Shown: positions 26,917 through 36,317, numbered from the stretch's first letter. The stretch: 64,000 bases of DNA from Oscillospiraceae bacterium (GCA_045592405.1 JAZNUR010000097.1:7220-71219), one strand, 5' to 3'. Notes: generated from the letters alone by a model not told the origin. Made by a program: numbers and translations.

Positions 26917-29118
26917 ATGAAAAGGCAGTTCCGAAATTCATTAGCAGCTGCAATTGCTGCTTGCATCGGCGTGAATGCACTTTGTGTTGTAGCTGCTCTG
27001 CAGGGCGATGTTGACAACAATGGTAGGATTGAAGCCAACGATGTAAAAACGGTTCAGAACTTTGTTCTGGGCAAGAGGGTTTCGCTTTCCGGTGCAGGAG
27101 ATGTCAACAATGATGGAAAAGTTAACGGTTTTGACCTTGCGATTCTGAAAAGAAAAGCAAATGAACCAGCTACACCGGAAAGTTCCATTAAGGATTATGG
27201 CACGGCACCGAACACGTCCGCTACTATGTACGATAACTTCAGAACAGGCAAGTCCGAGTATTTCTTCGCATCCGATGGATGGACAAACGGTAATCCGTTT
27301 GACTGCGGATGGGTTGAAGAAAATACTAAGTTTGAGGATGGTGCACTGACACTGTCAATCGACAAGGACACAACCGGCAAGTACAATTACACCGGTGCAG
27401 AGTACAGAACAACAGATCACTACCACTATGGTTATTATGAGACTTCCATGCAGGCGATCAAGAATGACGGTGTCGTTTCCTCATTCTTCACCTACACTGG
27501 TCCTTCCGAAGATAATCCGTGGGATGAGATTGACATTGAGATCCTTGGTAAGGACACCACAAAGGTGCAGCTCAACTACTACACTAACGGCGTAGGTAAT
27601 CACGAATTCATGTATGATTTGGGCTTTGACGCTTCCGAGGGTTATCATACCTATGGTTTTGACTGGCAGCCCGATCACATCACATGGTATGTTGACGGTA
27701 AGGAAGTTTACACGGCTCGTGAAAATATTCCGAAGACGCCCGGCAGAATTATGATGAACACATGGCCCGGTATTGGTGTTAATGAGTGGCTTAAGCCCTT
27801 CAATGGCAAAACTCCTCTGACTGCAAGATACCAGTGGGTAACCTACGACAAGTCCCCTGCTGCACAGGATCCTGTTACACCCACAGATCCGCCTGCTTCT
27901 ACAGACGGCGTTCAGTTCACAGCACCTACCGGCGGCGGTATGGGTGTTACCGAGAACTTTGAGGGCACAGGTACTGACTGGACAGGTCGTGGTACAGTTA
28001 AGTACGGCTTCACCTCTGATTTTGTACACGCTGGCAGCAAGTCCATGTATGTAACAAATCGTACAGCATCCTGGCACGGTATTGCAGTTACAGGCAGTGA
28101 TCTGGAGGCAGGTGCAACCTATGATATCACAGCTTACGTTGCATACAGAAACGACCAGTTCTCCACTGCAAACTTCGGTATGGGTCTGCAGTATGATTTG
28201 AATGGCGAAACAAAGTACGACGCTGTTGCAGACGCAACCTGCTCCTCCGGTCAGTGGTCCGCACTGAAGAACAACTCCTTTACAATTCCTGCCGGTGCAA
28301 CCAATATTTCTCTTTATGTTCAGTCCGAATATAAGGAAAATGCCGGTGCTGGTGATCTGCTCTCCTTCTTCCTCGATGACATAGTTCTCGTAAAGAAGAG
28401 CAGCGGAAACAACAATAACGACAATCCGGGCAATACTACAAACAATATCAAGGATTATGGTACTGCTCCCAATACATCAGCTACGATGTATGACAATTTC
28501 CGTACCAACAGCACAAAGTTCTTCTTTGCATCCGATGGATGGACGAACGGCAACCCGTTTGACTGCGTATGGACAAAGAACAACACAAAGCTTGATAATG
28601 GCTATCTGTCGCTGACAATTGACAAGGATTATTCCGGCAAGTACAATTACACCGGTGCTGAGTACAGAACAACAGATCACTACCACTATGGTTATTATGA
28701 GACTTCCATGCAGGCAATCAAGAATGACGGTGTTGTTTCCTCATTCTTCACCTACACAGGTCCTTCAGAAGATAATCCGTGGGATGAGATCGACATTGAG
28801 ATCCTTGGTAAGGATACCACAAAGGTGCAGCTGAACTACTACACCAACGGTGTCGGCAATCACGAATTCATGTACGATCTCGGCTTTGACGCTTCCGAAG
28901 GCTTCCACACCTATGGATTTGACTGGCAGCCCGATCACATCACATGGTATGTTGACGGCAAGGCGATTTACACGGCTCGTGATAATATTCCGAAGACTCC
29001 CAGCAGAATTATGATGAATGCATGGCCCGGTATTGGTGTTAACGAGTGGCTCAAGCCGTTCAATGGCAAAACTCCGCTGACTGCAAGATACCAGTGGGTA
29101 ACTTATAACAAGAAGTAA
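26917..29118 (+). CDS. Cellulosomal enzyme: signal peptide, N-terminal dockerin, GH16, CBM4/9-like module, second GH16
   Basis: Dockerin repeats [14 protein letters not shown] and [14 protein letters not shown]. There are two GH16 modules, each with the EIDIEILG catalytic motif (lichenase/laminarinase type), and a central CBM4_9-like module. The ATG at 26917 follows AAAGGAGG. Confidence 0.9.
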   Translation: MKRQFRNSLAAAIAACIGVNALCVVAALQGDVDNNGRIEANDVKTVQNFVLGKRVSLSGAGDVNNDGKVNGFDLAILKRKANEPATPESSIKDYGTAPNTSATMYDNFRTGKSEYFFASDGWTNGNPFDCGWVEENTKFEDGALTLSIDKDTTGKYNYTGAEYRTTDHYHYGYYETSMQAIKNDGVVSSFFTYTGPSEDNPWDEIDIEILGKDTTKVQLNYYTNGVGNHEFMYDLGFDASEGYHTYGFDWQPDHITWYVDGKEVYTARENIPKTPGRIMMNTWPGIGVNEWLKPFNGKTPLTARYQWVTYDKSPAAQDPVTPTDPPASTDGVQFTAPTGGGMGVTENFEGTGTDWTGRGTVKYGFTSDFVHAGSKSMYVTNRTASWHGIAVTGSDLEAGATYDITAYVAYRNDQFSTANFGMGLQYDLNGETKYDAVADATCSSGQWSALKNNSFTIPAGATNISLYVQSEYKENAGAGDLLSFFLDDIVLVKKSSGNNNNDNPGNTTNNIKDYGTAPNTSATMYDNFRTNSTKFFFASDGWTNGNPFDCVWTKNNTKLDNGYLSLTIDKDYSGKYNYTGAEYRTTDHYHYGYYETSMQAIKNDGVVSSFFTYTGPSEDNPWDEIDIEILGKDTTKVQLNYYTNGVGNHEFMYDLGFDASEGFHTYGFDWQPDHITWYVDGKAIYTARDNIPKTPSRIMMNAWPGIGVNEWLKPFNGKTPLTARYQWVTYNKK
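27187..27852 (+). repeat. Intragenic direct repeat copy 1 (GH16 module)
   Basis: Aligns with 28447-29112 at a constant 1260-nt offset. For example, 27400-27455 is identical to 28660-28715. Confidence 0.9.
28447..29112 (+). repeat. Intragenic direct repeat copy 2 (GH16 module)
   Basis: See copy 1. The first ~190 nt are more diverged, with mismatches clustered there rather than evenly spread. Confidence 0.9.
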
Positions 29119-29162
29119 TCAAAATAGTTCTCTTCATGTTCCCTTATATTGAAATTTGATGA

Positions 29163-29193
29163 GCAAAAACCCCGCTAAAAGCGGGGTTTTTGC
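29163..29193. terminator. Bidirectional terminator between the GH16 gene(+) and the anti-sigma gene(-)
   Basis: GCAAAAACCCCGC-TAAAA-GCGGGGTTTTTGC. Confidence 0.75.
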
Positions 29194-29233
29194 TTTATAT
29201 TGAAATGATAGTGAATCAAATGGATACGCTGAT

Positions 29234-30904
29234 TTAATCTTCCCAGAACATAGCTTCGATTTTTCTGCAATATTCCGCATCAATTTCATACCAATAACTT
29301 GAAACCGGGTTTCTTACAGGCATTATGAACACATCATTCTTCCCGATTCCATATACTGACAAGATTTCCTTCATTTCTTCAATGGTTGCACCATTTGCCA
29401 TCAGACCTTTAATTTCATCATCTGTTTTCAGCCGATTGGTTCCGGAAAGCACACCACAGCGATATGAGTTTCCTGACATCTGCCATACATAGATCTCAAG
29501 ACCTTTGAATGTGCCTAAATTAAAGTACTCGGGATATTTCTCATAAAGTGGGTGAAGTTTAGGATCATCAGGTTTCTGAATTTCCTTCGGTTCAGTATAG
29601 TAATGAATCCCGAATCTGTCAAGATCGGAAATGGAAGCTCTGCCGCTTTGCAGTGCGGATTTGATATCCTCCTGACTGCCATCGGAATAATGCACGATGA
29701 CATAATGACTGTAAATTGCGGGGAAGTAATATTCATTCTTGTCATCCTCGTGAATTTTCTCAAGTGCGTCATCAACTGGTAATCCTTCTTCTTTCGCACG
29801 GTTAACGATCTTCACGATTGTTGTATTTGTGGCGGTTGTTTCTTTTGGCTCCGTCAAATAGCTGATGCGAAATCTGTCAAGATCAGCAATTGTTGCTCTG
29901 CCTGCTTTCAGTGCGGACTTGATATCCTCCTGTGTGCCGTCGGTGTAATACACGATGACATAATGACTGTAGATACCGCCGAGGAAATACTTATTCTCAT
30001 TATCCTCGTGGATCTTTTCCAGTGCAGAAGGAACAGGCAGTCCATCCTCCATTGCATGATCAACGATATCCGCAATCGTTTTGTTTATCGTAGGAACCGG
30101 AGGCTTTGTTGTGGTCGATTGCAGCGGATGGCTGCACACGGGGAAGGAGGTTTCTCCGGCGGTGGTTGTTGTGGTGGACTGCAATGGATCACTGCACAGA
30201 CCTGTCTGTACAAAATCGGTTTCTGTTGTCAAAGGTGCAGTAGTTCCTTCTGTCGAAGTTTCACTCGTTTCCTTCGGCTCAGTCCAGTAATGGATACCGA
30301 ATCTGTCAAGATCGGCAATCGTTGCTCTGCCGCTTTGCAATGCGGACTTGATATCCTCCTGACTACCGTCGGAATAATGCACAATGACATAATGACTGTA
30401 GATACCGCTGAGGAAATATTCGTTCTTCTCATCCTCATGGATCTTCTCAAGTTCCTCTGCAATCACCAAATCTTCATCCTTGGTACGGTCAACGATCTTC
30501 AAGATATAGGCATCCTCCTTCGACCACTCCTTTTGAATTTTGTGTTCCGTAGCAGCTGCTGTTGTTTGTACCTGACTTGTCTGCTCTGCAAACTCAGGGT
30601 TTGGCGTGGAATTCGCACTGCGTTGCAGCACCACAGCACCTCCCGTCAGTCCAAGTGCAATGACAAGACACGCTGCAACCGTCGCTGCCGTGTGAATCCA
30701 CGCAGGCTTTCGGGTAACAGTGACGCTGAATGATTCACCTGACATCTCTCCACTTTCGTTTTTCTGTATGATTCGCTGCTGTGTCATCGCATAGATATGT
30801 TCTTTAGTTGCATCATCCACGGGGTGGCTTATTTGTGCAATCTGCTCTGCGGTTTTTTCATCTGCACTTCGCAGAATGTTATCAACTCGTTGTTTATCCT
30901 TCAT
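29234..30904 (-). CDS. Putative anti-sigma factor / transmembrane sensor with three tandem 79-aa ectodomain repeats
   Basis: Begins 13 nt downstream of the ECF sigma gene. It has a cytoplasmic N-terminus of about 65 aa, one TM segment (aa 67-94), repeats at aa 134-212, 277-355 and 363-441 (...LEKIHEDxxNxYF..IYSHYVIVHYSDGSQEDIKSALQSGRATIADLDRFGIHY.TEPKE), and a distinct C-terminal domain of about 110 aa. Confidence 0.6.
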   Translation of the reverse strand: MKDKQRVDNILRSADEKTAEQIAQISHPVDDATKEHIYAMTQQRIIQKNESGEMSGESFSVTVTRKPAWIHTAATVAACLVIALGLTGGAVVLQRSANSTPNPEFAEQTSQVQTTAAATEHKIQKEWSKEDAYILKIVDRTKDEDLVIAEELEKIHEDEKNEYFLSGIYSHYVIVHYSDGSQEDIKSALQSGRATIADLDRFGIHYWTEPKETSETSTEGTTAPLTTETDFVQTGLCSDPLQSTTTTTAGETSFPVCSHPLQSTTTKPPVPTINKTIADIVDHAMEDGLPVPSALEKIHEDNENKYFLGGIYSHYVIVYYTDGTQEDIKSALKAGRATIADLDRFRISYLTEPKETTATNTTIVKIVNRAKEEGLPVDDALEKIHEDDKNEYYFPAIYSHYVIVHYSDGSQEDIKSALQSGRASISDLDRFGIHYYTEPKEIQKPDDPKLHPLYEKYPEYFNLGTFKGLEIYVWQMSGNSYRCGVLSGTNRLKTDDEIKGLMANGATIEEMKEILSVYGIGKNDVFIMPVRNPVSSYWYEIDAEYCRKIEAMFWED

Positions 30905-30917
30905 GCTGCATCCTCCT

Positions 30918-31472
30918 TTACCAAATCAATTGTAATTCGGAAAGTTCCTGTTTCAGTCGTTTCACTGCTCGACTGCATCGTTTTCGCACCGCAGTCGGAG
31001 ATAGTCCCACAATTTTTGCGATGTCTCCGGATTTTCGGTTGTAGTAGTATTTCTGAATCAAAATACTGCTGTCAGGCTCACCAAGATCTTCGATCTTTTG
31101 CAGCAGGATTCTGCGAAGCTCCGCATCCTCAGCGGATTCTTCCACCTGCTGTCCCGAAGGCAGATCGCCAATGCAGTCGAACGATACATTCCGCATTTTC
31201 TGGGGATATAGTGTACGAAGGGTATTGAGTGCTTTGTGTCTGGCAGTCGTTCCGATATATGCTTTCAGCGAATCCATACGAATATCCTCGAAACGGAATA
31301 TTACCTCGGCAAAGGTATCGGCAACGCATTCCTCCACATCCTCGTGGCTTCCACAGTTGATCAGGGTGTGGTATACAATTGAATACACATAATTGAAATA
31401 TTGGTCGTACAGTGCCCTGTGTCCTGCATCCGGTGATGTTTGTATCAATTCCCGGATCTCATGATTTGTCAT
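30918..31472 (-). CDS. ECF-type sigma-70 family RNA polymerase sigma factor
   Basis: Has sigma regions 2 and 4 (region 4 HTH: SGDIAKIVGLSPTAVRKRCSRAVKRLK). The ATG at 31472 follows AAAGGAGGG. Confidence 0.85.
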   Translation of the reverse strand: MTNHEIRELIQTSPDAGHRALYDQYFNYVYSIVYHTLINCGSHEDVEECVADTFAEVIFRFEDIRMDSLKAYIGTTARHKALNTLRTLYPQKMRNVSFDCIGDLPSGQQVEESAEDAELRRILLQKIEDLGEPDSSILIQKYYYNRKSGDIAKIVGLSPTAVRKRCSRAVKRLKQELSELQLIW

Positions 31473-31550
31473 AACACACCCTCCTTTCCTCATTAATCAT
31501 GTAAAGCAAAACTTATGCATAACCGCTTTCACTTATACAGACACCGAAAA

Positions 31551-31577
31551 TTTTCAATTTGTGACACAAATTGAAAA
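31551..31577. promoter_or_regulatory. 27-nt perfect palindrome (13-bp arms around one central base)
   Basis: TTTTCAATTTGTG-A-CACAAATTGAAAA, upstream of the ECF sigma gene. Its right arm overlaps the U-tract of the KAP terminator. Confidence 0.4.
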
Positions 31578-31611
31578 AAATTCTGCAGCAATGGTAATTC
31601 ATCACTGCAGA
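31574..31611 (-). terminator. Intrinsic terminator after the KAP NTPase gene
   Basis: TCTGCAG-N16-CTGCAGA stem. On the minus strand it is followed by A then a U7 tract. Confidence 0.55.
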
Positions 31612-31622
31612 GGAAACTGTAA

Positions 31623-33407
31623 TCAATCTGTGCTGCCTAAAATGCCGCTGTTGTATAAAAAACGAAGTGTATATTCCAGCGTATGTTTGCCAGCGGTGAG
31701 CACAACGGTAATGCGGGGATGTTCACCATCATGGTAAAAATATCCCAGTGCTCCATATTTCTGTTTTTCCTTTTCTGTTTTAATGTTGTAAAAATAATCA
31801 CTGATACCATCAAACATATTTTCAGGAACAAGTCGTGTATAAACTGTCAGATTCGGGCTCGGTTTCCGATGATTCCATGTGATCGTAAACGGTACATCGT
31901 TTTGTCCCCAACCGGAAATTTCAAATGCAGTGGTTTCTATGGCAAGATTCTCTTTGGTTGACGTGAGAATTCTGCTCCAAGCATCAGGGTTCTCTATGGA
32001 CTTTACCCTGTCCCTGATCTTTCGACAAAGCTGCTTGAGAAGTTCAGCATAAGGTATCCTCTGCATTTCCTCACGATCTTCAAGCGGAACGAGCATATCC
32101 TGTGTTTCAATCAGAATATTTGCAAGTTCTTCCGTTTTCGCATCATCCGGATTCTCCGTATCCGAATCAAATTCCTCACCATAAAATACTTGTAAAACTG
32201 CCGTCAGTCCATTGACAATGGCAGTATTCTCCTCCGGATTATCCTGCAGAAGTTCTGTAAATTCCCGGTACATCTCCTGTGCCTCGCAATTGACGGCAAT
32301 ATGTGTCATCTGTTCGTGGAGCTCAGGCATTTCAAGCTGCAGCAGAAGCACTGCATAACGCTTCAGGCTTGTTTCAGGAGTTATGATCATATTTTCAGTG
32401 GTTGATCTGGCAAGATCTATGCACTTGTATAGCTGCAAAAGATTGAAACTGCGTTTGATGGTACGTGGATTACGCACCTCAAACTTTGTCAGAAGATCGA
32501 CATACTGCTGCAGGAAATCGGTTTCTTCTTTCAAAAGGGGCGTAATATAGCTTTGAATGTCATACGCCTGCACGGGCAGTGCAAACGGAACCTGAATGAT
32601 CTTATCAAAAAACTTGCGTGCTTTTTCTTCACTGAAATCTTCGCCATATTTGCTACGCAACCCACGTTCTACCACATCCTGATCCACTGCAAGGATGAAT
32701 ACACAGTTTTCATAATCCGCAAAATTTTTCATTCCCTCAAGCAGTTCCAGAGCAACACGGGGTTCCAGTCGGTCGAGGTCATCCACAAATACATAAATAC
32801 GCTCAAGCCCTGTAACTTTCAGTATTTCATTGAGAAGTGTATTGATCTTATCACGAAGTTCCGTTACATAGGAAGTGACAGGTATCTGCGACTGTGAAAA
32901 TTTAGGTGTATTATCCGGATTTTTAAGCTCCCCGACAAATTCGACCATAAATTCCACAATGGGTGAAATTTGCTTGACCGCAGCCTTCCCAAGTCCCAAA
33001 GCTGCCCTTGCAACCAGATCGGATGTTGTATCTATTTTGGATATCAGCTTTTCCTTTGTTTGTTCATCCTTAATTCCAGCATTTTCAGCAAGTTTTTTCA
33101 TATTGTTCAGCATCATATGCATCAGATCAACAATGAGTTTTTCTCCGTCATTAAATACGGAAAATTGCCATGTATTAAACCAAATACTGAAATTTTCTAT
33201 GTTAATCCCGCCCAGATTCTGTGAGAGCTCCTTGCGGATCAGCTCCATGGCAGAGGTCTTTCCTGTTCCCCAGTCGCCCTGGATCGCAAGCGTCATGGGC
33301 GTGCTGCAATACTGAACGAAATTTGCAATTCCCTTATATCTTTTTCCCATGCCAAGACTGTCTGTCTCGGCAGGAACATCATTGATTTGTACTACATTAT
33401 TGTTCAT
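31623..33407 (-). CDS. KAP-family P-loop NTPase
   Basis: Walker A is GDWGTGKTS and Walker B is IYVFVDDLDRLEP, with a KAP-like helical region and a C-terminal extension of about 150 aa that I cannot assign. Start set at MNNNVVQ (33407), which follows AGGAGCC. Confidence 0.8.
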   Translation of the reverse strand: MNNNVVQINDVPAETDSLGMGKRYKGIANFVQYCSTPMTLAIQGDWGTGKTSAMELIRKELSQNLGGINIENFSIWFNTWQFSVFNDGEKLIVDLMHMMLNNMKKLAENAGIKDEQTKEKLISKIDTTSDLVARAALGLGKAAVKQISPIVEFMVEFVGELKNPDNTPKFSQSQIPVTSYVTELRDKINTLLNEILKVTGLERIYVFVDDLDRLEPRVALELLEGMKNFADYENCVFILAVDQDVVERGLRSKYGEDFSEEKARKFFDKIIQVPFALPVQAYDIQSYITPLLKEETDFLQQYVDLLTKFEVRNPRTIKRSFNLLQLYKCIDLARSTTENMIITPETSLKRYAVLLLQLEMPELHEQMTHIAVNCEAQEMYREFTELLQDNPEENTAIVNGLTAVLQVFYGEEFDSDTENPDDAKTEELANILIETQDMLVPLEDREEMQRIPYAELLKQLCRKIRDRVKSIENPDAWSRILTSTKENLAIETTAFEISGWGQNDVPFTITWNHRKPSPNLTVYTRLVPENMFDGISDYFYNIKTEKEKQKYGALGYFYHDGEHPRITVVLTAGKHTLEYTLRFLYNSGILGSTD

Positions 33408-33459
33408 TTTCAGGCTCCTGTTCAAATAATAACGACATAACACTGTATTGTGCAATATA

Positions 33460-33488
33460 ATGATACCATATTTCGACAAAATATGCAA
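33460..33488 (-). promoter_or_regulatory. Possible promoter for the KAP NTPase gene
   Basis: Minus strand has TTGCAT, a 17-nt spacer, then TATCAT. Confidence 0.35.
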
Positions 33489-33549
33489 TAGAAACATGGA
33501 ATTTTGAAATCAGAAAAATTAGATTTGCAAATAAAATTTTCAAAAAGTA

Positions 33550-33578
33550 TTGACAAAATGGGCTCAAAATGCTATACT
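33550..33578 (+). promoter_or_regulatory. Sigma-A-type promoter of the T-box leader
   Basis: TTGACA, a 17-nt spacer, then TGcTATACT. Confidence 0.6.
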
Positions 33579-33589
33579 GAAAATAACAA

Positions 33590-33875
33590 TAGAATATGAA
33601 ACCGTTGAAGCGGAGATAACGGTAATTATGATTCTACAGAGAGTTCGGGCAGCTGAGAGCCGAATGTACCCCAGATTATCAAATGGACCGCTGAGGGCGT
33701 AGTGAAATGTATGATACAGAGTATTCTGCGACGTGTGGGCATACGTTAGTTGCCGGGGATATGTTGGTATCCCGCAAAGTGCACAGCATCATGCTGTGAA
33801 TCAAGGTGGCACCACGGATAAGTTTTATTCGTCCTTGACAGGTAGAGTATCTTTCTGTCAGGGGCTTTTTGTTTT
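33590..33875 (+). promoter_or_regulatory. T-box leader with Trp (UGG) specifier
   Basis: Stem I carries GA/K-turn halves AUGA and GUGA, plus AGAGAG and GCUGAGAG motifs. The specifier-loop UGG at 33684-33686 is followed by A. The T-box sequence is AAUCAAGGUGGCACCACGG (33799-33817), in which UGGC is complementary to a GCCA acceptor end. A terminator hairpin at 33833-33864 is followed by CTTTTTGTTTT. Confidence 0.8.
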
Positions 33876-34000
33876 GTCCATGACGGAGAATGAACAACGT
33901 TTCATGGGAGGAATAACATGGTTCTGTTGACAAAACGATGGCGATGCTTTGAGATGTTCGCTGAATGAATGTAATACAATTGAAAAATGGAGGTTTTAAT

Positions 34001-35218
34001 ATGAAACACAATGGTTATGAGTTTGATAATTACTTTAAGAATCACCCTGATATGAATGGATTTTTCGGTAAATACGGCGGTGCTTATGTCTCCGAGGAAC
34101 TGAAGAAGGCAATGGTGGAAATTACAGAGGCATATTTCACAATTGCAAAATCCAGTAAATTCATTGGTGACCTGAGAAGAATCCGCAGGGAGTTCCAGGG
34201 CAGACCGACTCCTGTTTCCCATCTTGAGCGTCTTTCCGGAAGTCTCGGTAATGTCCAGCTATACGTTAAGCGTGAGGATCTCAACCATACAGGTGCTCAT
34301 AAGCTCAATCACTGCATGGGCGAGGCACTCCTTGCCAAGTATATGGGCAAGAAGAAGGTCATTGCTGAAACCGGTGCAGGACAGCATGGTGTGGCACTGG
34401 CAACGGCTGCAGCTTATTTCGGTCTGGAATGCGACATCTACATGGGCAGTGTGGATATTAAGAAACAGGCTCCGAACGTTGCAAGAATGAAGATCCTCGG
34501 TGCAAATGTAGTGGAGGTTACTCACGGTCTGGCAACCCTCAAGGAAGCGGTTGACGCAGCATTTGAAGCATATACCAAGGAATATAAGGATGCCATTTAT
34601 TGTATCGGCTCCGTACTCGGACCGCATCCGTTCCCGATGATGGTACGTGACTTCCAGAGTGTTGTCGGTATTGAGGCAAGAGATCAGTTTCTGGAAATGA
34701 CGGGTGAACTTCCCGACGCCGTTGTTGCTTGTGTAGGCGGCGGTTCCAATGCAATGGGTATGTTCTCCGGATTCCTCAACGATCCTGTTGATATCTATGG
34801 TGTAGAGCCTCTTGGCAGGGGTACTACGCTGGGCGATCATGCTGCAAGCCTGAAGTATGGAACGGAAGGTATCATGCACGGCTTTAACAGCATTATGCTC
34901 AAGGATGAAAATGGAGAACCTGCTCCGGTTTATTCTGTAGCAAGCGGTCTGGATTACCCTTCTTCCGGTCCTGAGCACGCTTATCTGCGTGATCTTGGCA
35001 GAGTTAAATATGATGTAGTGGATGACGAAGAAACCATCGATGCTTTCTTTAAGCTTTCCAGAATGGAGGGCATCATTCCTGCAATCGAAAGTTCCCATGC
35101 TGTTGCATTCGGTATGCGTCTTGCAAAGCAGATGGAACGTGGTTCCATCCTCATTTGTTTGTCCGGCAGAGGCGACAAGGATATGGATTATATCATTGAA
35201 AACTATGGTATTCGTTAA
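34001..35218 (+). CDS. trpB: Tryptophan synthase beta chain, stand-alone
   Basis: HTGAHKLN (PLP lysine), [14 protein letters not shown] and SGRGDKD motifs. The ATG at 34001 follows TGGAGG. No trpA follows. Confidence 0.9.
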   Translation: MKHNGYEFDNYFKNHPDMNGFFGKYGGAYVSEELKKAMVEITEAYFTIAKSSKFIGDLRRIRREFQGRPTPVSHLERLSGSLGNVQLYVKREDLNHTGAHKLNHCMGEALLAKYMGKKKVIAETGAGQHGVALATAAAYFGLECDIYMGSVDIKKQAPNVARMKILGANVVEVTHGLATLKEAVDAAFEAYTKEYKDAIYCIGSVLGPHPFPMMVRDFQSVVGIEARDQFLEMTGELPDAVVACVGGGSNAMGMFSGFLNDPVDIYGVEPLGRGTTLGDHAASLKYGTEGIMHGFNSIMLKDENGEPAPVYSVASGLDYPSSGPEHAYLRDLGRVKYDVVDDEETIDAFFKLSRMEGIIPAIESSHAVAFGMRLAKQMERGSILICLSGRGDKDMDYIIENYGIR

Positions 35219-35228
35219 AGTGATATTA

Positions 35229-35258
35229 AAAACGGCTAATCGCATGATTAGCCGTTTT
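35229..35258. terminator. Terminator between trpB(+) and the DHH gene(-)
   Basis: AAAACGGCTAATC-GCAT-GATTAGCCGTTTT. Confidence 0.7.
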
Positions 35259-35263
35259 ATGTT

Positions 35264-36244
35264 TTATTGGTATTTTTTTAATGCCCTCTCGAACAGTCTG
35301 CGTATCTCATGATTCCGAAGGGATTCTTCCTCAGAAAACTTTTCGGTATCCACAAAACCTCCTGCCATTCTTGCGTGGCCTCCCCCGCTTCCAACGGATG
35401 ATAAAGCGTCACTTGTGACTTTGCCTGCATGAAGGTGTGGTAATTCTGATCTTACCGAAAATTTATAACCATCATCTCTGACATCATAAACGACACTGAA
35501 TTCAATGATATCCAATGCAAGGATAAAGTCGGAAATCATTGCAACCAGACCATCATCACACGCAAACGGAATACAGGCGTATCCCACATTTCCAAACACC
35601 TGAATGTTTTCGATGGCACTGCCGTATGCTTTGAGATCCGCAAATTCCATGGTGTTGAGTTTCATACGATCAAGGATGGAATTGTCAGCATAAGGAAAAA
35701 GCTTTGCATACATTTCCACATCAAGCTGTGTGAGTCCACGGGAGAAATCAGCAGTATCCATTTTTATGCCATATACAAGTGCGGATGCCACATTCTGCTC
35801 GGGTTCCACGTGATTATCAAAATAATACTCCGCTATGATCGAGGCACACGCCCCTGCAGCACGAACATCCTTATAAAGATAATCGCATTTCTGAACTGCT
35901 GGATGGTGGTCGATGCACGCAATTTCATCCCCTATGAGATCTGTCAAATTTGCATTGTATTTCTGAGAATCCACCGTGATGATCTTATCTGTTTCCTTCA
36001 TATCAGTGAGGTCATGTATGGATACCATTTCGATTCCGAAATTTTTCATCATCGCCTGAGCTGCCAGTTTTTCCGCTGTGCCATCATGACAGATCACAGA
36101 ATGGATCCCGAAATATTCCAGCAGTTTCTGTAATCCGAATGCGGACGCTATTGCATCGGGATCGGGATAATTGTGTGTCTGTATATAGATTCTTTCTCCG
36201 TTTTCACAGGACAGAATTTTGATAAGCTTTCGCAGATCTTTCAT
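35264..36244 (-). CDS. DHH/DHHA1-family phosphoesterase (NrnA-like)
   Basis: DPDAIAS, IDHHP and GGGHARMAGG motifs. Confidence 0.85.
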   Translation of the reverse strand: MKDLRKLIKILSCENGERIYIQTHNYPDPDAIASAFGLQKLLEYFGIHSVICHDGTAEKLAAQAMMKNFGIEMVSIHDLTDMKETDKIITVDSQKYNANLTDLIGDEIACIDHHPAVQKCDYLYKDVRAAGACASIIAEYYFDNHVEPEQNVASALVYGIKMDTADFSRGLTQLDVEMYAKLFPYADNSILDRMKLNTMEFADLKAYGSAIENIQVFGNVGYACIPFACDDGLVAMISDFILALDIIEFSVVYDVRDDGYKFSVRSELPHLHAGKVTSDALSSVGSGGGHARMAGGFVDTEKFSEEESLRNHEIRRLFERALKKYQ

Positions 36245-36290
36245 TTCGCCAGTTCCTTTCAGGGATTTTTCAGGGTTCCCCCATTAATGC

Positions 36291-36317
36291 TGTTGCCCCG
36301 CTTATGGCGGGGCAACA
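36291..36317 (-). terminator. Hairpin after the GH9 gene
   Basis: TGTTGCCCCGC-TTATG-GCGGGGCAACA. The U-tract is poor. Confidence 0.45.

Noticed and set aside
29234-33407. Possibility that the KAP NTPase, ECF sigma and anti-sigma genes form one operon or system
   Set aside because: A terminator with a U7 tract (31574-31611) and a 150-nt spacer separate the KAP gene from the sigma gene, and the two differ in composition. I treat them as separate units.
34259-35245. 328-aa minus-strand ORF opposite trpB
   Set aside because: trpB is supported by PLP motifs, a T-box leader and a terminator. This ORF is its antisense shadow.
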